Shown one piece after another: positions 44,450 to 52,351 of a DNA stretch of 53,293 bases (its first letter is position 1; each line of letters starts with the position of its first letter). The stretch comes from an uncultured Clostridia bacterium (GTDB lineage: Bacteria > Bacillota > Clostridia > Oscillospirales > CAG-272), in the NCBI GenBank assembly GCA_944381095.1, contig CALWJW010000002.1, forward strand, positions 1 to 53,293. Reading direction: 5' to 3'. Under the pieces are notes generated by a model. It was not told the origin of the DNA. It searched no databases and worked only from the letters and a program-made list of their open reading frames with translations. A program made the position numbers and the translations under genes.

Positions 44450-46524
44450 AAAGATTAAAATCAAAACTTCTCGCCATGGAGCCGAATACTGCGACATATA
44501 CCGAAATGTACAACGGAAGCATCACCAAATGCTACGGTCATCAACCGGAAGAAAAAGACTGGGATCCGACATATTACAATGGCGATGTTGGATTTAGAAT
44601 TACTGCCACTCACAAGCTGGCGCAGGACAAACCAACCGTTACCATTATGTTACCGATTGATTTGATTTTGAACGATTATGATGAAATTAAAGAAAGAATG
44701 CCGATAAAAAGACTAAAATATTATCTCTTGAATATGCAAAATGATACAAGCACATACAAAGAAATGTATGACGGTGAAATTGAGGACAACTTTCCGTCAA
44801 CTGCATGGGACGGTCACTCTATGGAGCCTGAAATACATCAAACTTCAATATATTGGCACGAGGACAAATCCTGTGAGATTACAAGCACTCACAAATTAGC
44901 ACAGAGCAAGCCGACAGTAACATGGAACGTGCCGATTGAAAATTTCGGCTTTGAAAACATAACAACAGCCGCTGCAGATTATTGCTTACGTGCATTTGCA
45001 CCATATATTGATGAGCTTAATGACGAACTCTATAACCGTTCCCGTCCCGATGACGAAAACGGTAAATATTATCTTTACAAGCCTAGCGGTGAGGTACTTG
45101 TACGCAACACAGCATATTTTGCTCTTTGCCCGCAAAAGGATTATGAAAACGGAAGTGGGAACACGGTATATATGTTAAATGATGGGTTATCACGTCCTCC
45201 CAAAATGTGTCTATGTATCCGAATGCAAGTGCAACTGCCGAAAAGAAAGCTCCGTAAGACTATTCAAATGCTATGCCGTGATCTGCCCAATGCTGTTGAT
45301 ATGTTCATCTCACAATTTGATATTGTAAAGTTCAATGAAGCTATTGCACTTTCAGAAAAGCAAAATGCGATCAGATCGTGGCTTAAAGACAGCCCTTACT
45401 GTTCCTTTATTGCCAACGGAAGTATTTTACCTCGCTCTAAGGGAACAGATCTTCCTATGCTGAATGCCGTGCCATTTCAATCCACACCCGAAGATGAGAT
45501 TGAAGTATGCGGCGTTCGTGGCATGGGAATCAAACGAGGGGTAACGGTTATCACCGGCGGAGGTTATTCGGGAAAATCTACACTCCTTGATGCCATATCT
45601 GCGGGCATTTACGACCATATAATCGGTGATGGTCGAGAACTCTGTATTACAGATGAAAGTGCTATGACTATATCCGCAGAAGATGGGAGAAGTGTAAAAT
45701 CTGTCAATATCTCACCATTCATAAAATGGCTACCAGACGGTGATACACATAATTTTTCATCAGAGCACGCTTCGGGTTCAACATCTCAGGCAACGAACAT
45801 TATGGAAGCTGTGGATTACGGTGCAAAGCTACTTCTTATCGATGAGGACAGAAGTGCTACAAACTTCATGATTCGTGACAAAATGATGAAGGAACTGATA
45901 GAAAAAGAGCCGATCACGCCGTTTACAGACCGGGTAAATGAACTATATGCGTCCTGCGGCGTTTCAACAATTCTTGTCATTGGCGGAAGCGGCGAATATC
46001 TGTCGGTTGCAGAAAGAATTTATATGATGGAAGACTATCTGATTCACGATGTGACGGAAAAATCGAAGGCTATCTGTGCTACTCACGGCGTAAAAGCAGA
46101 CCTGTCCCAGCCGACCACATGGCGGCAAAGTCGCACGCTTTATTCGGATCATTTTTCATCCTACCCCGAGGGAAGCGGTACGGAAAAGCTTGGTGTTTCG
46201 GATATGGGTTTCATAATCATCGGTGATGAAATTATCGACATCCGCGGACTTCACGATATTGTGTCCAAACGCCAACTGGATGCTCTCGGCTATATGCTTC
46301 GCTATCTTGAAACTCACAACATAGATCGGAAGATCGACATTGATGCTCGAATTAACGAACTATACGATGAGATCGAAAAAGATGGGCTTGATACGGTCTT
46401 TTCAAACTTTTTCACGACGACTGAGCGATTTCTTGATCTTCCGAGAAAATTTGAACTGAAGGCGGTTATCAACCGCATGAGGCATATTGATTATATAGGA
46501 GAAATTCTGCATGACCAAATGTAA
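44446..46524 (+). CDS. Soluble ABC-fold ATPase (Pfam PF09818-like, predicted ATPase of the ABC class) with a duplicated N-terminal module
   Basis: The motifs are FIANGSILPR, Walker A TGGGYSGKSTLLDAI, ASGSTSQATNIMEA, Walker B LLLIDEDRSATNFMIRD and ILVIGGSGEYL. There are no TM segments. Residues 1-86 and 87-170 are paralogous. Confidence 0.7.
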   Translation: MKRLKSKLLAMEPNTATYTEMYNGSITKCYGHQPEEKDWDPTYYNGDVGFRITATHKLAQDKPTVTIMLPIDLILNDYDEIKERMPIKRLKYYLLNMQNDTSTYKEMYDGEIEDNFPSTAWDGHSMEPEIHQTSIYWHEDKSCEITSTHKLAQSKPTVTWNVPIENFGFENITTAAADYCLRAFAPYIDELNDELYNRSRPDDENGKYYLYKPSGEVLVRNTAYFALCPQKDYENGSGNTVYMLNDGLSRPPKMCLCIRMQVQLPKRKLRKTIQMLCRDLPNAVDMFISQFDIVKFNEAIALSEKQNAIRSWLKDSPYCSFIANGSILPRSKGTDLPMLNAVPFQSTPEDEIEVCGVRGMGIKRGVTVITGGGYSGKSTLLDAISAGIYDHIIGDGRELCITDESAMTISAEDGRSVKSVNISPFIKWLPDGDTHNFSSEHASGSTSQATNIMEAVDYGAKLLLIDEDRSATNFMIRDKMMKELIEKEPITPFTDRVNELYASCGVSTILVIGGSGEYLSVAERIYMMEDYLIHDVTEKSKAICATHGVKADLSQPTTWRQSRTLYSDHFSSYPEGSGTEKLGVSDMGFIIIGDEIIDIRGLHDIVSKRQLDALGYMLRYLETHNIDRKIDIDARINELYDEIEKDGLDTVFSNFFTTTERFLDLPRKFELKAVINRMRHIDYIGEILHDQM

Positions 46525-48301
46525 TTTGCTGTTAAAATCCGTTAGATTTTCTGCTTCCATGATTTATAAGTCAAGCGGATTGTGGATTGTTATCTATTTT
46601 CTGTTATCCTTGACGGTATCCACATTCGGGCTTGCATCGACCTATATACTGAAATATCTGCTGGATGCTTTAACGGTAGAAAATATAGTGCTTCAAAGCA
46701 TTATTACATGGATTGCCGTTTATATTGCGGTTTTACTCTTGTCGCAAGGTGCTAAATCCGTACAGGATATTTTATATGACACTATATTTCAGAAAGCCGC
46801 TCATTTGTATGATCGCCGACTTTCCGAAAAACTGTCTGCATTGCCGTTGTCGGTAATTGATTCGTCCGAAGGTAAGGATACGGTAGATGATGTGCGGTAT
46901 GCAAAAAATATCGCCGTGTATCTGACAAACCGCCTAGTTCGTTTGTTTTCACTTGGCTATACATTTGGCGTGGCATTTGCGGCACTTATCTTTTTCAATG
47001 TATGGTCTTCGCTCTTGCTTTTGCTCCTGACGGTTCCCGGTTTGATTTTGCAGTTGATGTATGATAAAAAAGCGGAAGATCTTCGCAGAAAACAAGCACC
47101 GGATGTGCGTAAATTCTGCTATTATCGTTGGATGCTGACCGATCCGTGGCCGGCTAAGGATGTGCGGATGTATGATTTAACAGAGCCGATCAGGAAACGC
47201 TATGATGAAGTCAAAGGTGAATACATTTCTGCCAATAAGCGACTTGATAAGAAGAAACTCTTTTCAATGCTTTTTGCTGAAATTGTTTTAAGATTAGGAG
47301 AAATTATATTTACCATTTTCGTTGTTATAAAAGCACTTCGTGGCGAAATAGGTATTGGCGATGTGGCTCTGTATGTAGGACTTGCTCTCTCCGCTGTTAA
47401 TGCTTTTGAGAGTTTTATGAATATCGGACTTATGACCTACACAAGAACTACCGAGGTCATGTCCCGTGTATTCGATTTTTTTGCTATTCCTACCGAGAGC
47501 AAGTCGGGAACAAGGACATTGGAAGCCTTTGAGTCACTTGAGTTTCGGAATGTGTGCTTCAAATATCCATATACAGACAACGATGTGTTGAAGGGCGTTA
47601 CCTTCATATTGAATAAGGGTGACAAGCTATCTCTTGTGGGCATAAACGGCTCAGGAAAATCCACAATTATCAAGTTGATGCTCGGTCTTTATGAAATTGA
47701 ATCGGGCGAAATACTGATCAACGGCTATCCCATGTCCGACTATGACATTCGTGATGTTCGCAAGTTGTTCTCAGCTCTTTTCCAAAGTTTTGTTCAGTAT
47801 CCGCTGTCTTTGCGGGATAATATTGCATTGTCTGATTACGGCAGAGCTGCGGAAGATGATGCGATCATCGATTCCTTAAAGCAAAGCGGTGTGTACGACG
47901 AATTGCAGGAAAAGCTTGCAAACGGTCTTGACTCTTATATGACAAGGCAATTTGATGATAAGGGTACGGAACTTTCCAAAGGTCAATGGCAAAAAGTAGC
48001 ACTCTCCCGTGCATACTTTAAAAATGCCGATATTCTCATTTTTGATGAGCCGTCGGCAGCTCTTGATGCCGAAGCGGAGGACAGAATTTTCAAAAACTTT
48101 GAGTTTATATGCGAGGGTAAGACAGGCATTATGATCTCTCACCGCATTTCTGCGGCTCGGATGTCAAATAAGATACTTGTCCTTGACGGCGGAGTTATCA
48201 CCGAAAGTGGTACTCATAATGAACTGATTGAAAAGAACGGGCTGTATGCAAAGCTTTACAACCTCCAGAAAGAGAAGTATACGGCAAAGGAGGGGGCATA
48301 G
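46511..48301 (+). CDS. ABC exporter half-transporter (TMD-NBD), subunit 1
   Basis: The N-terminal half is hydrophobic and multi-TM. Walker A is GINGSGKST, the signature is LSKGQWQKVALSRA, Walker B is ILIFDEPSAALD and the H-loop is ISHR. There is no C39 peptidase domain. The SD is AGGAG. It overlaps the ATPase gene by 14 nt. Confidence 0.85.
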   Translation: MTKCNLLLKSVRFSASMIYKSSGLWIVIYFLLSLTVSTFGLASTYILKYLLDALTVENIVLQSIITWIAVYIAVLLLSQGAKSVQDILYDTIFQKAAHLYDRRLSEKLSALPLSVIDSSEGKDTVDDVRYAKNIAVYLTNRLVRLFSLGYTFGVAFAALIFFNVWSSLLLLLLTVPGLILQLMYDKKAEDLRRKQAPDVRKFCYYRWMLTDPWPAKDVRMYDLTEPIRKRYDEVKGEYISANKRLDKKKLFSMLFAEIVLRLGEIIFTIFVVIKALRGEIGIGDVALYVGLALSAVNAFESFMNIGLMTYTRTTEVMSRVFDFFAIPTESKSGTRTLEAFESLEFRNVCFKYPYTDNDVLKGVTFILNKGDKLSLVGINGSGKSTIIKLMLGLYEIESGEILINGYPMSDYDIRDVRKLFSALFQSFVQYPLSLRDNIALSDYGRAAEDDAIIDSLKQSGVYDELQEKLANGLDSYMTRQFDDKGTELSKGQWQKVALSRAYFKNADILIFDEPSAALDAEAEDRIFKNFEFICEGKTGIMISHRISAARMSNKILVLDGGVITESGTHNELIEKNGLYAKLYNLQKEKYTAKEGA

Positions 48302-50085
48302 TGAAAACGAATAAGATCAAAGTTTTTTTCGGCGGACTTTTCAAAAATATCTGGTTCGGTATTAAAACGAGCTTCCTTGCCTCCAAATTCTATTTTTCAA
48401 TGAAGCTTTTGATTTTGCTCTCCACCACCGTCATTCCGCTTGTTAATATCTGGCTTTGGAAAGAGGTACTTAACGGCATTGTGGCAAATGAAATACAACC
48501 TGTGTTCATCATTCTTAGCGTTTATCTCAGTTTGAAGCTTATCGCATACCTGCTTGCTCAGTTTGATAACTATGTTAATGGGCGTTACAGCGATCAATTG
48601 CAGTTCTATATCGAGACGGTCATGATGGAAAAAACCTCGCGCGTGGATCTTGCTTTCTTCGACTCCGCTCAAATGGGTGATAAAGTTCGCCATGCAAGAA
48701 GCAATTTTGAAGTCATGACGGATATGACTTGGCTTGTTTTTAACATTCTGTCCTGCACTGTGAATGTGGTGGCGACCTTGATTATCGTGTCAAGTTACAA
48801 ATGGTGGCTCGGTATTATTACTTTGGTTCTGTTGATTCCGTATTTTCTCTATAATAAGTGGTACACAGATAAGCGATTCAGAATGGAGAAGGAGCAACTG
48901 CGTGACAACCGGAAAAAGGATTTCTACGGCGGTGTATTTTTTGACAACAATATTCAGTTTGAGATCAAGTTGAACAATATCGGGGACTACTTTATCCGCC
49001 GATATAAAGAGATGTGGAAGGAGCTCTACCACATCAATAAAAAAGAAGATATACGGCACAATCTTCGCAGCATGTTGATTATGATCCTGTGTGTATCGGC
49101 AGAGGCAATCGTGCTTGTTCTGTCGGTAATGGATGTTATTGCAAAAAAAAACGGAATCGGCGATCTTCAGTATAATCTTAGCATGGTGTCCCGTCTCCGC
49201 TCCGAGTCACAGGCACTTATGAGCAATGTGACGCTATTCCTTACCAACAACACACGACTGATTGAATTGCAGGAATTTATGGCAATTGAAGCGCAAACCG
49301 AGAAAAGCGGCATCAAACAGCCGTCTGCGAATCCAAAAATCGAGTTTTGCAATGTCTCCTTCCGCTATCCGAACAGTGAGCAGTATGTGCTGAAGGATTG
49401 CTCATTTACCATCGAACCGCACGAAAAAGTGGGGATTATCGGACTGAACGGTGCCGGAAAATCGACTATTATCAAGTTGATGTTTCGCTTTTATGATCCG
49501 GAAGAAGGTGTGATTAAACTCGATGGAGTAGACCTAAAGGAATACGATGTGTATGCCGTCCGCAAGGTGTTTGGAGTCCTGTTCCAGGATTTCGTTACAT
49601 ATTGTTTGCCACTCCGTGAGATTATCGCCCTATCCGATTTTGAAAATCGATTTGACGACGAAAAACTGAAAAAGGCATGCGATATCAGTGGTGCAAGTGA
49701 GATAATCAAGGATTGGGAGCAGGGATTTGACAGCGTTCTCGGACGATACTATGCCGACAACGGGAAAGATTTGTCCGGAGGGCAGTGGCAACTCGTCGGA
49801 TTGGCAAGAGCCTATTTCAAGGACAGTGAGTATATGATACTTGATGAACCATCTGCCGCTTTGGATCCCATCTCAGAGGACAGGATTTTTGAACAGCTTT
49901 ATCATCTGAGTGAAGGAAAAAGCTCTGTAACGATTTCACATCGCCTATCCAATACAACACTTGCGGATAAAATTTTAGTCATAGAAGACGGACATATTAT
50001 CGAACAAGGCTCACATTTTGAACTGTTGAAGCAGAACGGACAGTATGCAAAGCTCTTTAATCTCCAGGCAAGCAAGTATGTTTAA
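48301..50085 (+). CDS. ABC exporter half-transporter (TMD-NBD), subunit 2
   Basis: The GTG start shares its G with the upstream TAG, after AAGGAGGGGG. Walker A is GLNGAGKST, the signature is LSGGQWQLVGLARA, Walker B is YMILDEPSAALD and the H-loop is ISHR. Confidence 0.85.
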   Translation: MKTNKIKVFFGGLFKNIWFGIKTSFLASKFYFSMKLLILLSTTVIPLVNIWLWKEVLNGIVANEIQPVFIILSVYLSLKLIAYLLAQFDNYVNGRYSDQLQFYIETVMMEKTSRVDLAFFDSAQMGDKVRHARSNFEVMTDMTWLVFNILSCTVNVVATLIIVSSYKWWLGIITLVLLIPYFLYNKWYTDKRFRMEKEQLRDNRKKDFYGGVFFDNNIQFEIKLNNIGDYFIRRYKEMWKELYHINKKEDIRHNLRSMLIMILCVSAEAIVLVLSVMDVIAKKNGIGDLQYNLSMVSRLRSESQALMSNVTLFLTNNTRLIELQEFMAIEAQTEKSGIKQPSANPKIEFCNVSFRYPNSEQYVLKDCSFTIEPHEKVGIIGLNGAGKSTIIKLMFRFYDPEEGVIKLDGVDLKEYDVYAVRKVFGVLFQDFVTYCLPLREIIALSDFENRFDDEKLKKACDISGASEIIKDWEQGFDSVLGRYYADNGKDLSGGQWQLVGLARAYFKDSEYMILDEPSAALDPISEDRIFEQLYHLSEGKSSVTISHRLSNTTLADKILVIEDGHIIEQGSHFELLKQNGQYAKLFNLQASKYV

Positions 50086-50098
50086 TCGCCAAAATTAG

Positions 50099-50131
50099 AA
50101 AAGCCGCCGAGGACAAATTCGTCCTCGGCGG
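50099..50131. repeat. GC-rich hairpin A' (right boundary of the cassette)
   Basis: AAAAGCCGCCGAGGAC-AAATTC-GTCCTCGGCGG. It shares AAAAGCCGCCGAGGA and TCCTCGGCGG with hairpin A. The U-run is on the minus strand only. Confidence 0.85.
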
Positions 50132-50197
50132 AAACTTTGTTGCATTTTGTAATACTATCTTTCGATTTATAACCTCATGCTATTGAAGTTGGGATAC

Positions 50198-50250
50198 TCA
50201 AATAAAACAAATAACCCGAACAACTCTCCAAGCAGGAGAACGTTCGGATT
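50198..50250 (-). terminator. Intrinsic terminator downstream of tRNA-Pro
   Basis: The minus strand reads AATCCGAACGTTCTCCTGCTTGGAGAGTTGTTCGGGTT, a long stem with one mismatch, followed by ATTTGTTTTATTT. Confidence 0.65.
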
Positions 50251-50259
50251 ATTTTCATG

Positions 50260-50336
50260 TGGTCGGAGTGACAGGACTTGAACCTGCGGCCTCTTGGTCC
50301 CGAACCAAGCGCACTACCAAACTGTGCCACACCCCG
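50260..50336 (-). tRNA. tRNA-Pro (anticodon CGG), CCA encoded
   Basis: The reverse complement reads CGGGGTG-TG-GCAC...GTGC-G-CTTGG-TTCGGGA-CCAAG-AGGCC-GCAGG-TTCAAGT-CCTGT-CACTCCG-A-CCA. It is 77 nt and all four arms pair. Confidence 0.9.
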
Positions 50337-50350
50337 AAAACACAACGGTT

Positions 50351-50379
50351 ATTATACCATAAAATTACCGTAATGTCAA
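50351..50379 (-). promoter_or_regulatory. Consensus promoter of tRNA-Pro
   Basis: The minus strand reads TTGACA (50379-50374), a 17-nt spacer and TATAAT (50356-50351), 14 nt upstream of the tRNA 5' end. Confidence 0.7.
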
Positions 50380-50692
50380 TAGTAAAATCGTATTTTAAAA
50401 ATTTTTTAAATAACAAACTTTGTATTTCAGTTAAACAGAAGAACAAAATACACAGCATATAGTCTTAATCTGGCTGTAAATAAAATTACAGTAATTTAAC
50501 TTGTGATATCAAAAATATGCTGTGCATCATTTCTTTAAAACTATTGACGAGGTTATTTTTTATTAGCTTCCCTTATACTGCTTATTTCATCTGTGGAGGT
50601 CATTTCTTAGCATTTAAATTCCGTTATCAGGTCATTCTAATACTGAGCAAAGCAATTGACGTACAAAGTCTATGAAAATGTTTATGTTATAA

Positions 50693-51505
50693 CTATTTTT
50701 TCCGTTCGTCTTCACGAGATCTGAATTTTTCAGGAGAAACACCGGTAAATCTTTTGAAAGTATGAGAAAAATGATAACTGTCCGCAAAATGATATGTCAT
50801 AGCTATCTCTTTGATTTGGAGAGTAGTGTCAAGCAGAAGAAGCTTTGAAGAGTTGATTTTTGATTTAAGTATGTATTGCTTGGGCGTTATTCCGAATTTA
50901 TCACGGAAGATCCTTATAACGTGTGTTTCACTGAGGTAAAATTGCTTGGCAATGGTGGAAACCGAAATGTCTGAATCTATGTTTGCTTCAATATACTGCT
51001 TTATTTTCTGGGCTATTATTGCCGGCTTAGACTCCATTATATGAGCCTGAGCAAAGACTATTTCGATAAACAGACTGTAAAATGCGGCTGCCATTCGGTT
51101 AGTTGTTTCAAGCTTATTGTCAGACTCAGCCATCATGTCAGTAATCCGGTTAAAAATATCGATTACTTCCGGACGCAGTGAAATATGAGTCTGAAATGCA
51201 TTGCAAGAGTTTGAAAACGCATCTGCCAAAGCTCCGTAGCAAGCAATTCCTGAAATGAATGACACCGGGTCAGGAGTGGTGATTTTAAAGGCGGCTCCGG
51301 GAGCTATGTAGCATACAGATCCTTCGGACGGGTTTTTTTGTGTCCCGTCCTCAAATTTTACAGTACAGTTATCTGACCTGAAATATATAAAATGATGATA
51401 TCTGTTTCCGTTATGCTCATTCAGAAGATTTTGACCAGAAAGCTCACGGTAGTAAAAAAATCTACCTCTTGAAAATTCTGACAAATATTCGGCATTGAAA
51501 TTCAT
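50693..51505 (-). CDS. AraC family transcriptional regulator
   Basis: The C-terminal double HTH reads ISVSTIAKQFYLSETHVIRIFRDKFGITPKQYI...FSHTFKRFTGVSPEKFR. The N-terminal domain is cupin-like. Confidence 0.85.
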   Translation of the reverse strand: MNFNAEYLSEFSRGRFFYYRELSGQNLLNEHNGNRYHHFIYFRSDNCTVKFEDGTQKNPSEGSVCYIAPGAAFKITTPDPVSFISGIACYGALADAFSNSCNAFQTHISLRPEVIDIFNRITDMMAESDNKLETTNRMAAAFYSLFIEIVFAQAHIMESKPAIIAQKIKQYIEANIDSDISVSTIAKQFYLSETHVIRIFRDKFGITPKQYILKSKINSSKLLLLDTTLQIKEIAMTYHFADSYHFSHTFKRFTGVSPEKFRSREDERKK

Positions 51506-51517
51506 TTTTATACCTCA

Positions 51518-52153
51518 TCAGTTTTCAGCTTTATTTCCGAGTTTCGGCAGATAAACTGCGAGAGCCTTGCTGATGCTTCCCCCTACGACAAGCGAAACTC
51601 CCGCTTCGATCAGAGCATTGACCGTAATGAGACCTACAATTATTCCGACAAATGTATCTGTCTGGAAAAGTGCGAGAACATCGGCGTTATTACCGAAAAG
51701 CAAGACAAGAAAGAGTACGAACAAAGCGGTGTTTATAACCGCGCCACTGAGCGAAGCAACAAAGAAAGAAACAGTCTTGGTTTTATCAATTTTCTGAACT
51801 CCTTTGAAAACAAGACCAACAAGATAACCCATTAACATGCGAGGGATAAGACATGTAATGAATGTGAGAAGCGGGTCGATTCCGAAAAGGGCAGTGCCGA
51901 ACGCACTGAAACCGAAACAGGTAAAGAAACTTGACAGACCGAACATTGTTCCGAGGAAAAGTCCGCCCATCGGACCTGTAATAATCGCGCCTATCGCCAC
52001 AGGTATCATCAGAAACGTGATATCTACTATCCCTACTTTGAAATATCCGAGAGGAGTAAAGGTCATAATGAAGATCAGCGCCGTAAGTATTGCAAGCTGA
52101 GTCATTTTCAGGATCTTGTCATGATTTGTAAATTTGTTGATTTTATTGTTCAT
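51518..52153 (-). CDS. ECF-transporter S-component-like membrane protein (PanT-like)
   Basis: 211 aa from ATG 52153, after GGAGGTTACT. LAILTALIFIMTFTPLGYFKVGIVDITFLMIPVAIGAII is typical of ECF substrate-capture subunits. The substrate is unknown. Confidence 0.55.
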   Translation of the reverse strand: MNNKINKFTNHDKILKMTQLAILTALIFIMTFTPLGYFKVGIVDITFLMIPVAIGAIITGPMGGLFLGTMFGLSSFFTCFGFSAFGTALFGIDPLLTFITCLIPRMLMGYLVGLVFKGVQKIDKTKTVSFFVASLSGAVINTALFVLFLVLLFGNNADVLALFQTDTFVGIIVGLITVNALIEAGVSLVVGGSISKALAVYLPKLGNKAEN

Positions 52154-52184
52154 AGTAACCTCCGGTTGTGTCGTTCGATTAAAT

Positions 52185-52213
52185 ATTCTATCATAAAATT
52201 GGTAAAAAGTCAA
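52185..52213 (-). promoter_or_regulatory. Candidate promoter of the S-component/AraC pair
   Basis: The minus strand reads TTGACT (52213-52208), a 17-nt spacer ending TGA and TAGAAT (52190-52185). The leader is short, with no room for a riboswitch. Confidence 0.55.
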
Positions 52214-52351
52214 CATTTATCCGATAGATAAAACGTATAAGTAAAATAAGCTTTAATTATAGGACAGTATTTAGAAAACTCAAATGAGTATTTCCTCTGA
52301 AAGTTTAAACTGTAATATAAAAACAGAAACAGTGAAAATTAAAATAAACTG

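Larger units (their letters stand above)
44055..50131 (+). other. Accessory cassette: uORFs, ABC-fold soluble ATPase and heterodimeric ABC exporter
   Basis: A single-strand, overlap-coupled gene set bracketed by hairpins A and A', lying between the ABC-F terminator and the tRNA-Pro terminator. See findings. Confidence 0.55.
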
